Shown piece by piece: positions 17,590 through 30,547 of a DNA stretch of 64,000 bases. The notes beneath the pieces were generated by a model. It saw only the letters and a program-made list of their open reading frames with translations. It searched no databases and was not told the DNA's origin. Within the stretch, counting starts at the first letter, position 1, and the number at the start of each line of letters is the position of its first letter. The DNA comes from Lysobacterales bacterium (GTDB taxonomy: Bacteria; Pseudomonadota; Gammaproteobacteria; Xanthomonadales; SZUA-5), in NCBI GenBank assembly GCA_041395325.1, contig JAWLAT010000010.1:98469-162468 (forward strand). The letters are read 5' to 3'. The position numbers were made by a program, and so were the translations under genes.

Positions 17590-20214
17590 ATGCGTTTCAC
17601 GTCCAGATTGTCGCTTCTGATCGCCCTTGCACCCGGCTTTGCCAGTGCTGCACAAACCGAACGTCTGGAAGACTATCAGCGAGCGCTGGCCGATCTACAA
17701 CACGTCCCTGAGACGCATCCTCGCGTTGCCGCGACCGACCCCGCCGCCAGGGTCATGCATTGGCGTGAGTTGGAAAGGCAGCTTGGGGAGCTAGGAGTAC
17801 CCGAGTTGCAACCCAAGGTGCATCAGCTCGCAGTCCAGGATGCCAGTCCATTGGGACGTACTCACCCGCTGGCTGGCGAGGAAACCGATTGGCGTGTTTC
17901 CGTGAATGCGGATATCGCCGGGACCTGCCAGACCGCACTCGATCTCTGGCCCGGCAGTTCTGTCGAGCTGATTGCGGACCAGGTTGGCGGGCCGTTCGAG
18001 TCCTGGGTCAGAGTTCATCAGAAAGCAGCTCCTCAACTGCTGAGCACCCTCGGTAGTCGCGTCGACACAAGTATCGAGGTGTGGCGGGACTGCAATCAGG
18101 TTGGCAACACAGCTCTGGTGAGCAATGACGATTACGATGGCCTGCAGGCACTGGTCCGCTTGCCGGTCGACCCGGATCGTCACAGTCTGGTTGCACGCAT
18201 CAAGGCGATCGGTTCGGACCCGGTCGTCAGGGCCGCCCTGGTCAATGGCGGCAATTTGATCAGCGGAACGGTGACGGTTCCGGATGTCTGGCCGCTTGGG
18301 CTCAGAGTCGAGGCATTCGCCGTCAATGGCGGTTCCTTGGGCAGCACATTGGTCAATCCGACCGATGGGTACTATGAGCTGCCAGTGCCGGGACAGGCCT
18401 TCGTGGTCCGGACCACCCAAGCAACTGTCGCCGAAGGCGGCCTGGTCATGGAGCTCTATCCCGATCTGCAATGCCACTACTCGTACGGGGCTTTCGGTAG
18501 CTGCTTTGATGCCGAGCAGGCACAGGTCTTTCAGCCAAGCATGAGCTACACCAACATCGACTTCGATCTGGACGTTGGCGGAACACTCGTCGGATCAGTG
18601 TTCAGCAGCGTCACAGGCGAGCCAGTCATCTACGCCAACGTTCGCCTGCAACTGCCCGATGAGTCGATTTTCATCTCCGACCAAACCGATGTCGGTGGTC
18701 GCTACACCATGCGGGGTTTGCCGACTCACGATTTCGCCGTGGAGGCCGACAACCACGTTCATCGCCAACTTTTTGACGGAATCGATTGCGGTACCGCGCA
18801 GTGCGATCTGAACTTGGCGACGTACGTGCCCATCGCACCAGGGTCAACCAGTCGCGCCGATTTTCAGCTGCCCAGCGGCTCCACGGTCGTGCTGTACGTT
18901 CCCGGCTTCCCGACCGGATTGGGCACTTCAGTTTCCGCCTCGCTTACGCGCGAAGACGGAAGCTACATCGGATCCGTCAACACCTATTCCAATGTAAGTG
19001 GGGTGGCCATTCTGCCGCTGGGCAATCCAGGCGTTCCGTTCCGGATCAGCGTTCAGGCGGGTCATATGATGTCTCAGGTATTCCCCGACGTTCTCTGCGC
19101 AGCCGAGCACGACTGCAGGCCGGAACTGCCGCTGGGACAGCTGATCAATCCGCCTTCGCAGGGGCAGCTGGAACTGACCATGCAACCCACTCCCTTGCCC
19201 TTGCTGCGCGGACGTGTGATCGACTCGGCCACCGGTTTGCCGATCACCGGCGTGGCCATCCGCGCCGCACCAGCGCCCCTGACCAGTATCGGTCCTGGCG
19301 GCGGCACGACCGCAACGGGCGATTTTGCGTTCGAAGCGTATCCAGGTTCGTACCGTGTCCACGCGGCGTCGGGATCCCATATTGATGTCATCTATCCCGA
19401 CATTCCCTGCGACCTGAATGGTCTACTGCTGCCCTGCAGTGGTGGAACCGAAGTCAACGTAGGACTTGCCGGCAATCAGCCCATCGAGATTGGCATGATG
19501 CGCTCGGCTCGCATACGTGGTGCCGTCTTGATCGATGGCGAAGCGGCCAGCAGCAGCGATTTCCGCGTGCACCTGCTGGACCAGAATGGGTTGAGTATCA
19601 AAACACGCAGCTTGGCCGATTGGGGACGAATGGACTTCCCGGACATTGTCCCGGGTGAATACCACGTGGGCATTTCCGCTGCTTTCGACGATGCATTTCC
19701 GGGGTTGTGGCAGGACATCCATTGCCCGCTTCCCACACCTGGCGGCGACCCCTTTGAGTTTTGCCTCGAACCAGGCAATTTGTTGGTGCTTGCCAGCGGT
19801 AGCGACGTGACCAACATCGATTTCGACCTGCACAGCGCCGATGGCCATTGGGTCAGAGTCATCCGCGCCGACAATGGTGAGCCGCTGCCCAACGTCACCC
19901 TGGATAGCTGGAGGCCCAACGGTGACTACCTGACCTCTGTCTCGACCAACCTGAGCGGTTGGGCGCGCGCCCAAGGTCATGACTTCAGCGGCATAGCGGA
20001 GCCATTCCTGCTGAGCACCTTCAACAACCAGGGTTTCATCGACGAGGTCTATCGCGATCGACCGTGCCCCAACGGTCCGGCCATCTTCGATCAGTGCTCA
20101 CTGGTGGGCGCGGAGATCCTGCCTGCGCGTCCGGAAAGCCCCGATGCCGAGCCTCTGGTGATCACGCTCAGCTTGCCTGATTCCGAAACGATATGGAGCA
20201 ACGGCTTCGAGTGA
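17590..20214 (+). CDS. Large secreted protein with repeated carboxypeptidase-regulatory-like (CarboxypepD_reg) beta-sandwich modules
   Basis: ATG 17590 gives the signal peptide MRFTSRLSLLIALAPGFASA. Modules of the type G.V.D..TG.PI..V.I...., GGRYTMRGLP..DFAVEA and TGDFAFEAYPGSYRVHA recur. The protein ends ...IWSNGFE*. The gene is noticeably more AT-rich than its neighbours. Confidence 0.6.
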   Translation: MRFTSRLSLLIALAPGFASAAQTERLEDYQRALADLQHVPETHPRVAATDPAARVMHWRELERQLGELGVPELQPKVHQLAVQDASPLGRTHPLAGEETDWRVSVNADIAGTCQTALDLWPGSSVELIADQVGGPFESWVRVHQKAAPQLLSTLGSRVDTSIEVWRDCNQVGNTALVSNDDYDGLQALVRLPVDPDRHSLVARIKAIGSDPVVRAALVNGGNLISGTVTVPDVWPLGLRVEAFAVNGGSLGSTLVNPTDGYYELPVPGQAFVVRTTQATVAEGGLVMELYPDLQCHYSYGAFGSCFDAEQAQVFQPSMSYTNIDFDLDVGGTLVGSVFSSVTGEPVIYANVRLQLPDESIFISDQTDVGGRYTMRGLPTHDFAVEADNHVHRQLFDGIDCGTAQCDLNLATYVPIAPGSTSRADFQLPSGSTVVLYVPGFPTGLGTSVSASLTREDGSYIGSVNTYSNVSGVAILPLGNPGVPFRISVQAGHMMSQVFPDVLCAAEHDCRPELPLGQLINPPSQGQLELTMQPTPLPLLRGRVIDSATGLPITGVAIRAAPAPLTSIGPGGGTTATGDFAFEAYPGSYRVHAASGSHIDVIYPDIPCDLNGLLLPCSGGTEVNVGLAGNQPIEIGMMRSARIRGAVLIDGEAASSSDFRVHLLDQNGLSIKTRSLADWGRMDFPDIVPGEYHVGISAAFDDAFPGLWQDIHCPLPTPGGDPFEFCLEPGNLLVLASGSDVTNIDFDLHSADGHWVRVIRADNGEPLPNVTLDSWRPNGDYLTSVSTNLSGWARAQGHDFSGIAEPFLLSTFNNQGFIDEVYRDRPCPNGPAIFDQCSLVGAEILPARPESPDAEPLVITLSLPDSETIWSNGFE

Positions 20215-20298
20215 CAGGGACGTCAAGGCCAGGAACGCGGACCCTCGCGCCTGCACCAAGGCTCGAGAAGGCAGTGCAATTCACCTGAGATGTCCGGG

Positions 20299-22011
20299 CT
20301 AGCCGCGTTGACCCTCGGCCCGGATCACTAGCTTGGGCCGGTACAGCCCCTGATAGTCATCGACCTGCAACTGGTAGGCCAGGCGCACCGACGACTGCGG
20401 CAGCGGCTCGGCACGCTTGAACCACCAGGCGGTCAGCGGTGCACCACCGCCTTCGTGACGAACCTTCAGCAGCAGGTGCCGGCCCTTGATGATGCGCTGG
20501 TCGAGCAATTCGAAATCGTCATCGAACAGCGGTTCGGGAAAACCCTGACCGAAGGGACCGGCCGCAGCCAGTTCCTGCGCCAGCGACAGGTCGATCTGCT
20601 CCGGCTGCAGTGAGCCATCGGTCTCCAGCAGTGGGGTCTCCGGTTGTGGTCCCAGCTGCTGCTGGCAGACCTCGGCAAAAATCTCGGCCAGTGGCTGGCG
20701 CTGATCGCTGTCGGTGCTGAAGCCCGCGGCCATCGCATGGCCACCAAAGCGCGCCAGCAAGCCGGGCGCGCGTCGATCGACCTCGACCAGGGCATCGCGC
20801 AGGTGAAAGCCCGGCACCGAGCGACCCGAGCCGCGCCATTGCCCGTCGACCGGGGCCAGCGCCAGCACCGGCCGGCCAAAACGCTCGACCAGACGCGACG
20901 CCACCAGCCCGACCACGCCGGCATGCCAATCGTCCTCGGCCACCACCAGCCCGGCCGGCAAGGCACCGCCCAGTTGACTGAGCTTGCCCTGCACGGCCGC
21001 TTCGGCGGCCTCTTCCATCTCGGCCTGCAGCGCGCGGCGCTCGGCATTGAGGGCATCGAGTTGCTCGGCCAGCAGCCGTGCTTCGGCTGGACTCTCGCTG
21101 AGCAGACAGCGGATGCCGACGGTCATGTCCTCCAGCCGGCCTGCCGCATTCAGCCGCGGCGCCAGGGCAAAGCCCAGATCGGCGGCGGCCACTTGCCGGT
21201 AGTCGCGGCCGGCCACCTCGAGCAAGGCCTGTAGGCCTGGACGTGCCCTGCCCCGCCGCATCCTTTCCAGCCCCGCCTGCACCAGGATCCGGTTGTTGTG
21301 GTCCAGCGGGACCAAATCGGCCACGGTGCCCAGGGCGACCAGATCCAGGCCATCGGCGAGATTGGGCGCTTCGCGGCCGGCAAAGTGGCCATGGCCCTGC
21401 AGTACGCGCCGCAAGGCTGCCAGCAGATAGAACACCACACCGACGCCGGCCAGCGCCTTCGACGGGAATGCATCGCCAGGCAGGTTCGGATTGACCATCG
21501 CCAGCGCTGGAGGCAACACCGGTCCCGGCAGATGATGGTCGCTGACCAGCACATCCATGCCCGCCGAGCGCGCCGCGCTGACGCCAGCCACGCAGGCCAC
21601 GCCATGATCGACCGTGAGCAGCACGCCTGGGCCGCCCGCAGCGATGCGCTCGGCGAAGCTGGCCGACAGCCCGTAGCCGTCCAGGAAGCGATGCGGCACG
21701 TGGTATTCGACCCGGGTGGCGCCGCAGGCCCGCAACGCCCACACCGCCAGCGCGGTGCCGGTGGCGCCGTCGGCGTCGAAATCGCCGACCACGGCAATGC
21801 GTTCGGCGCCCATGACGGCCTGCGCCAGCCGCTCTGCCGCCTGTTCGATGCCGCCCAGCGCGTCGGGTGCCAGCAGCGCCGCCAGGCGCAGCGACAGTTC
21901 CGCCTCCGAGCGCAACCCGCGGCCGCGATAGATTCGGGCCAGCACCGGATGCATCCGGCCAAAGCCGCCATCGTCGACCAGCGTGCGTGGGCGCAGGCAG
22001 ACCGGTCTCAT
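20299..22011 (-). CDS. recJ: Single-stranded-DNA-specific exonuclease RecJ
   Basis: Start moved to ATG 22009-22011 (MRPVCLRPR...). DHH motifs are present: VVGDFDADGATG, VDHG, SDHH, GGHAMAAG. Confidence 0.9.
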   Translation of the reverse strand: MRPVCLRPRTLVDDGGFGRMHPVLARIYRGRGLRSEAELSLRLAALLAPDALGGIEQAAERLAQAVMGAERIAVVGDFDADGATGTALAVWALRACGATRVEYHVPHRFLDGYGLSASFAERIAAGGPGVLLTVDHGVACVAGVSAARSAGMDVLVSDHHLPGPVLPPALAMVNPNLPGDAFPSKALAGVGVVFYLLAALRRVLQGHGHFAGREAPNLADGLDLVALGTVADLVPLDHNNRILVQAGLERMRRGRARPGLQALLEVAGRDYRQVAAADLGFALAPRLNAAGRLEDMTVGIRCLLSESPAEARLLAEQLDALNAERRALQAEMEEAAEAAVQGKLSQLGGALPAGLVVAEDDWHAGVVGLVASRLVERFGRPVLALAPVDGQWRGSGRSVPGFHLRDALVEVDRRAPGLLARFGGHAMAAGFSTDSDQRQPLAEIFAEVCQQQLGPQPETPLLETDGSLQPEQIDLSLAQELAAAGPFGQGFPEPLFDDDFELLDQRIIKGRHLLLKVRHEGGGAPLTAWWFKRAEPLPQSSVRLAYQLQVDDYQGLYRPKLVIRAEGQRG

Positions 22012-22922
22012 CCGGCTGGCTCCACCGGCGTCCAGGCCGATGTCCACCAGCGCCAGCGATCGCGCGGCCGCAGCAGCCAGCGCGCGCCACAGGCGAAGCC
22101 CAGCCACAGCGGTCCTTGCTTGAGCGCCTTCGCAATGCTGGCCGGCGTTGCGGTAGCGCCCTCGCGCAGCCTCGGACCCGCGCCCTCGCCCACGTTCAGC
22201 CGCAAGTAGCGGGCCAGTGCACGCAACTCCGGATCATCGACGCTGGCCCAGTTCAGGCCGCATTGCTCGATCTCCTCCCGCGCATCGCCCCACAGCCAGG
22301 GCGCCTCGGACTGCAGCACCCCATGCCCGGCCTGCGTCAGATCGCGCGGGCTCAGTGCGACCTGGGCGTCGTTGAGGAACTGTCGCCACAGACGCGCCGT
22401 CGGCAAGGATTCGAGCAGGTCGGCGCGCAGCAGCGCGTCGGGCGGCGGCGTCCCCGGCCCTTCGGGCAGCGTCCGATCGGAAAGTGGTCCATCGACGCAC
22501 AGGTAGCTGCGACCACCCTGCCCGGGCTGAAGCTGCCAGTTTTCAGTGCCCGGCAACTCGCGCAGGCAGGTCTGCAGTGAATGCCATTGGTGGTCTGACC
22601 AGGGCTGGTCATGCAGCGCCACCAGTCGTAGTCGGAAGCCATCGACCTGCAGCGTGACGCGGTCCAGCCGCAGCCAGGCCCTGCCAGCCCACTCGTCCGG
22701 CAGATCCTGCTGGGCCAGTGCGCGCACCCATGGCACCTGCGCAGGCGTCAGCGACAACGCGCCGGCCACCGCCAGACGGGGACCGGCGTCGACATCGCTC
22801 AGGCGCAGACCGCGCCCCAACCAACGGCGCCATTCGCTGCCCTGCGAACCATTCGCGCAGCTGCGCAGCGACGGCAGCAACCAGCGCTCGCCTGCATCGC
22901 TGGCGCCCGGTGCCTCAGCCAT
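22008..22922 (-). CDS. Hypothetical protein (overlaps recJ start by 4 nt)
   Basis: The ORF has gene-like composition and its stop overlaps the recJ ATG. No recognisable motif. The start is either ATG 22922 or TTG 22940. Confidence 0.45.
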   Translation of the reverse strand: MAEAPGASDAGERWLLPSLRSCANGSQGSEWRRWLGRGLRLSDVDAGPRLAVAGALSLTPAQVPWVRALAQQDLPDEWAGRAWLRLDRVTLQVDGFRLRLVALHDQPWSDHQWHSLQTCLRELPGTENWQLQPGQGGRSYLCVDGPLSDRTLPEGPGTPPPDALLRADLLESLPTARLWRQFLNDAQVALSPRDLTQAGHGVLQSEAPWLWGDAREEIEQCGLNWASVDDPELRALARYLRLNVGEGAGPRLREGATATPASIAKALKQGPLWLGFACGARWLLRPRDRWRWWTSAWTPVEPAG

Positions 22923-22980
22923 GAAAAGCCCGCCAGCCAAGCGCTTCGACGCACCTGCCGTCAGCGATCAGCCCGCAAAT

Positions 22981-23008
22981 CTGGGCCCTGGGCCCTGAGC
23001 CCTGGGCC
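22981..23008. repeat. 4 x 7-bp tandem repeat (ctgggcc/ctgagcc), member of an AGGGC-based intergenic repeat family
   Basis: The sequence reads ctgggcc ctgggcc ctgagcc ctgggcc. Its reverse complement contains cagggc units like those at 35557 and 52123. Confidence 0.7.
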
Positions 23009-23057
23009 TTCAACCACAGGCGTCGACCAGCGTTCGACAGACTCACGGCCCCTGGCC

Positions 23058-23537
23058 TCAGGCCTCGTATTCCACCGCCATGATCTCGTAACTCTTGATG
23101 CCACCGGGCGTCTGGATGTCGACGGTGTCGCCTTCGTTCTTGCCGATCAGCGCCCGGCCCACCGGGGAGCTGACCGAGATCCGCCGCTGTTTGATGTCGG
23201 CCTCCAGGTCGCCCACGATCTGGTAGCGCACAGTCTGCTCCGAGTGCAGTTCCATCAGTTCGACCAGCGCGCCGAAAACGATGCGGCTGCCCGGGTTGAG
23301 CTTACTGACATCGATGATTTCGGCCGAGGCCAGGGTGGCCTCGAGCTCGGCAATGCGCCCCTCGGTGAAGCCCTGCTGCTCGCGGGCCGCGTGATATTCG
23401 GCGTTCTCTTTCAGATCGCCGTGCGCCCGCGCTTCGGCAATGGCATTGATGATCTGCGGACGCACTACGCTCTTGAGGTGCTCGAGTTCGGACCGCAGCG
23501 CCTGTGCGCCCCTGACGGTCAACGGTGCTCGCTTCAT
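23058..23537 (-). CDS. greA: Transcription elongation factor GreA
   Basis: Start at ATG 23535-23537. [22 protein letters not shown]...[17 protein letters not shown]...[12 protein letters not shown] matches GreA. Confidence 0.95.
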   Translation of the reverse strand: MKRAPLTVRGAQALRSELEHLKSVVRPQIINAIAEARAHGDLKENAEYHAAREQQGFTEGRIAELEATLASAEIIDVSKLNPGSRIVFGALVELMELHSEQTVRYQIVGDLEADIKQRRISVSSPVGRALIGKNEGDTVDIQTPGGIKSYEIMAVEYEA

Positions 23538-23626
23538 GTTGATTCTCCATCCACGCATCGGGGTCTGTCCCGATGCAAATCGGACCGGTCGGCGCACTGG
23601 CCGACCGGCATGTCATTGGAATTCGC

Positions 23627-26872
<3,246 letters not shown>

Positions 26873-27141
26873 GAGCGTTCACCGGCCGCACCGTTGCCGA
26901 TGGCAGCCCTGGGAATCATGGGGACGGCGGGAGTTTACTTGAATGCCCTCCTGCGGCGCAGCATTGTTCGACAACTGTGATCGTTGGCTGGCAATGGCTC
27001 CCAGCGCCGCAGCGCCAACGACCGGTCCGTTCGTCCTGAGCGGGTCGAAGGACGCAGGCCACTGCCCGTTCGCACGATGGCGATCGAAAATCCGGCCGCA
27101 AACTCCGCCGCCACTGGATCGCGTCCCCTCCGGACCGGACC

Positions 27142-28485
27142 TCAGGGCGAAGAGACCACCGCGATCTCCCGCCGCAATCCCGGCAGCCACAGCCACAGCG
27201 CCAGCGCCCGGCACAGCACATAGAGCACGAAAGCCCACCATAGGCCGGCATTGCCCCAGGGCTGCAGCAACGACCAGCACACACCGAATGCAGCAGCCGA
27301 CAGCAGCGAGGCCCAACGCATTGCGCGAGTCCAGCCGGCCCCGATGAAGACACCATCCAGCTGAAAGGCCGCCACCGACAGCAGAATGTAGGCAGACACC
27401 GCCAGCAGCTGTTGGCTAGCCTGCGCCTGCACGCTGGGCAGGTTGGTCAGCAGGCTGACCGCCCAATCGCCCCAGAACCACGCCAGCAGCGCCAGCGCCA
27501 GAGCAGTCCACAGCGCCAGCTCGCTGGTCCGCCACAACACGGCGTCGAACAGTTGCCGTTGCCGCGCGCCGACCGCCCGTCCAACCCAGCCTTCGGCAGC
27601 GAAGGCGAAGCCATCCAGAAAGAAAGCTGCGAAGCTGATCAGCTGCAGCAGGATGTGATTGGCTGCGAGCACCGTATCGCCGAATAGCGCGCCCTGATGG
27701 GTGAACCAGGCGAAGCAGGCCAGCAGGGCCAAAGTGCGAATGAGGATGTCGACATTGGCCAGCAGCATCGGTCGCATCGACGACCAGCCACCCAGCGACC
27801 GCCAGCGCCAGCGCCATGCCTGCCCTGCCCCGCCCAGCAGCTGGTGCAGCAACCACAGTCCGCAAACCACGGTCAGCCATTCGGCCAACGCAGTCCCCAC
27901 ACCGATGCCGAACACGCCCCAGCCGAGCCCCATCGCCAGCAGCACATTCAGCAGCAGATTCAAGCCATTGAGCAGCAACTGCAGCTGCAGCAGCTTGTCG
28001 CTGCGCCCCAGGCCCACCAGCGTGCCCATCAGCGCAAACAGCGCCAGGCTGGCCGGCGCACCCCAGATGCGGGCGTAGGCATAGTCGCGCGCCAACGCCT
28101 CGGTGGCCGGACTGCCACCCAGCAGCCACAGAGACAGCTCGATGATCGGCCATTGCAGCAGGAGGAGCGCGAGTCCGAGACCACCTGCCAGCCACAGCGC
28201 CCGCGCCAGCACAGCCTGCACCTCTGCGCCTGCACCGGCACCGTCGGCGCGGGCGACGAATCCGGTCGTGCCCATGCGCAGGAAACCGAAGGCCCAGAAG
28301 ACGAAGTTGAACAGCAGCGTGCCGAGGGCAATTGCCCCCAATGCCGCCACTTCGCCCAGATGGCCGATCACCGCGGTGTCGACCAGTCCCAGCACGGGCA
28401 CACTGATATTCGCCAGCACGATGGGCCAGGCGCGCGCAAACACGTCGCGACGACTGGGCACGGCAGCTTGAACAGTCTGGCTCAT
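27142..28485 (-). CDS. MATE family efflux transporter (DinF-like)
   Basis: Start at ATG 28483-28485. About 12 TM segments, with N-terminal VFARAWPIVLANISVPVLGLVDTAVIGHLG typical of MATE/DinF. Confidence 0.8.
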   Translation of the reverse strand: MSQTVQAAVPSRRDVFARAWPIVLANISVPVLGLVDTAVIGHLGEVAALGAIALGTLLFNFVFWAFGFLRMGTTGFVARADGAGAGAEVQAVLARALWLAGGLGLALLLLQWPIIELSLWLLGGSPATEALARDYAYARIWGAPASLALFALMGTLVGLGRSDKLLQLQLLLNGLNLLLNVLLAMGLGWGVFGIGVGTALAEWLTVVCGLWLLHQLLGGAGQAWRWRWRSLGGWSSMRPMLLANVDILIRTLALLACFAWFTHQGALFGDTVLAANHILLQLISFAAFFLDGFAFAAEGWVGRAVGARQRQLFDAVLWRTSELALWTALALALLAWFWGDWAVSLLTNLPSVQAQASQQLLAVSAYILLSVAAFQLDGVFIGAGWTRAMRWASLLSAAAFGVCWSLLQPWGNAGLWWAFVLYVLCRALALWLWLPGLRREIAVVSSP

Positions 28486-28688
28486 GTCTGTCACGGGGGT
28501 GCAGGAAGCCCATTGTCGCAGCGAACGCGCCCACGACTTCGGCACCGACGCGGCGGGTCGAGCGGGTCATGCTGAGCGCAGATCTTGCGCATCCGGGCCA
28601 TCAATTCCACTGGCCGGAACTTGGGCACGAGCGTCCGGTCGCACCCCCTCATTCATCTTCTCTGCGCCACGTCCGGGGATTCACCGCG

Positions 28689-29672
28689 ATGTTCAGAACC
28701 TTGTCGTTGCTGGCCGGAATGGCCTTGTTGGGAAGTGCGTCGGCCGCCGAGCCGCCCGAGGTGTCACTCGACGCGCTACAGCTGGCACCCTGGGTCTACG
28801 CACTGCGACCGAATGTGGCGATCGGCAATCCGAGCATTGTCGCGATCATCGATCAAGGCGAGGCGCTGCTGATCGACGCCGGCATTCCCGACAATGGACC
28901 GGTCCTGCGCGACTGGCTGCGGGAACGGGGCGTGACGCGCGTGCGCTACATTGCGACTACGCACTATCACACCGATCACGTCTGGGGACTGGAGAGCTTC
29001 GCGGGCGACCGACCCGTGGTGCTGGCCACGGCCGAACAGGCGACACGACTGGCCGTCGGCGGCACTGCCACCAAGGGACAGGCGCTGGACACCCGCGTGC
29101 AGCCACAACTGCTGGTGGACGACCGCCTGCTTCTGCGCTTCGGCGGTCAACACATCACCTTGATGCGGCCGCCGCATCGCGCCAGTCACACCGACGGCGA
29201 TCTGCTGGCCTGGATTCAGCCGGCCAATGTTCTGGTCATTGGTGACCACTACATCGCTGATCGCTTCCCGGTCATTGACCTGGGGGGCGGCGGAAGCCTC
29301 TGGGGCTATCTGGCCAATCTCGACTGGCTGCAGCAGTTGGCCAATCCCCAGACACAGTGGATCCCGGGTCATGGCCATTTCGAACCAACGCCCTGGCGCA
29401 GCTATCGAGGAGAAGAACTGGCGCGTTGGACCCAGCGGCTGCGTGACTCGGTTGCGGTGGTCGCCGCCGCTCGCCTCGACGGATTGGATCTGCCTGCGTT
29501 GCAGGAACGGGGCCTGGGAGAAGCCTTCGCCGATCTGCACCAGCGACCGCGCTTCGTCAAGGAATCCGCCTGGATTGCCACTGTGCACGCCGCTCTGGAG
29601 CAATGCGAAGCTCGACTGGGCGAGCCCGTCCATGATGCTGCGCTGTGTGAACTGGCAACAGCCAGCCCCTGA
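28689..29672 (+). CDS. Secreted MBL-fold metallo-hydrolase
   Basis: ATG 28689 gives the signal peptide MFRTLSLLAGMALLGSASA. Contains the HxHxDH motif (THYHTDHVWG), with later H/D ligands (HTDGD, GHGH). Confidence 0.75.
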   Translation: MFRTLSLLAGMALLGSASAAEPPEVSLDALQLAPWVYALRPNVAIGNPSIVAIIDQGEALLIDAGIPDNGPVLRDWLRERGVTRVRYIATTHYHTDHVWGLESFAGDRPVVLATAEQATRLAVGGTATKGQALDTRVQPQLLVDDRLLLRFGGQHITLMRPPHRASHTDGDLLAWIQPANVLVIGDHYIADRFPVIDLGGGGSLWGYLANLDWLQQLANPQTQWIPGHGHFEPTPWRSYRGEELARWTQRLRDSVAVVAAARLDGLDLPALQERGLGEAFADLHQRPRFVKESAWIATVHAALEQCEARLGEPVHDAALCELATASP

Positions 29673-29744
29673 CCGAACAGGGACACAGCACCAGGGCAGC
29701 CGGCAGCCGAGCTGCCCCGATGTCCGAGAATCAGCGGGCGTCAG

Positions 29745-30188
29745 CTATTCCCGCACTGGTGTGATCTGTACGCTGACCACCCGCCACTGACCGTCCTGCA
29801 GCGCATAGACATCGATGTAGCGATAGTGACTGCTGAAGGCCGCCCCATCGTAGTGACCGGTCATCTGTGTGCGGCCGCTGAGCAGCGCCACATCGCCATA
29901 TCGGCGGATGTCGAAGTCCTCGACCGTGTAGGGGTCGATCTGCAGTTTTGGATCGAGGATGGCGACGAGGAAGGCCTGCCCGTCACGCGTGCCGCCGGCA
30001 CTGTCGATCTGCCGGAAATCCTCGCTCATGTTGGCCTCGATCTCCGTCGCCTGACGCGCCACGATGGCCTTGTCCCAGCGGTCCGCCTGCGCACGCAGTT
30101 GCGCTTGCCAGTCGGGCTCCGCGGCCAACAGCAGGCCTGAGCAACCGGCACAGATCGTCGTCAGCAACCATCGCCATTTCGACATCAT
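29745..30188 (-). CDS. Secreted NTF2-fold (SnoaL/DUF4440-like) protein
   Basis: Start at ATG 30188 or 30185 (MMSKWRWLLTTICAGCSGLLLAA). About 145 aa. WDKAIVARQATEIEANMSEDF...LLSGRT....Y..VY..QDGQWRVV is a DUF4440-like pattern. Confidence 0.6.
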   Translation of the reverse strand: MMSKWRWLLTTICAGCSGLLLAAEPDWQAQLRAQADRWDKAIVARQATEIEANMSEDFRQIDSAGGTRDGQAFLVAILDPKLQIDPYTVEDFDIRRYGDVALLSGRTQMTGHYDGAAFSSHYRYIDVYALQDGQWRVVSVQITPVRE

Positions 30189-30547
30189 CAGCTCCAGCAC
30201 TCTGTGCATCTGATCAGCGGGGCCAGCAGCATGCCGAGCGGCATTTGCGCTGGCCAGTGCCGAAGACACCGGCGCGTTGCAGATCCTGCTGGCCGGCGCC
30301 TCGACTTCGCTGCAACAAGGGCGTCTGACCATCAATGCTCGTTCGAAGACCGGGATGAGTATCAATCCCGACCCGGACCAAGGTCAGCCGCGTGTGCGTC
30401 TGGATGGACCCAGGCGCACCCGGGCTGGCGATCTGTGACAGCAATGTCAGCATTCGCAACCCCTTCACTCACACGGATGCCCAGCGACGGAATTCGCGTG
30501 GGTACCGTTGCCGACGGCCGCCGCCACTCGAAACATCTTGGGTCGTT

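Noticed and set aside
20519-22135. 538-aa alternate-frame ORF inside recJ
   Set aside because: The translation is Arg/Gly/Ala/Pro-rich. The recJ frame carries the DHH motifs.
26879-27356. Short ORFs (145-146 aa) in the carB upstream spacer as a possible degenerate carA
   Set aside because: The translations are Cys/Arg/Gly-rich with no glutamine amidotransferase motifs, and they overlap the 3' end of the MATE gene.
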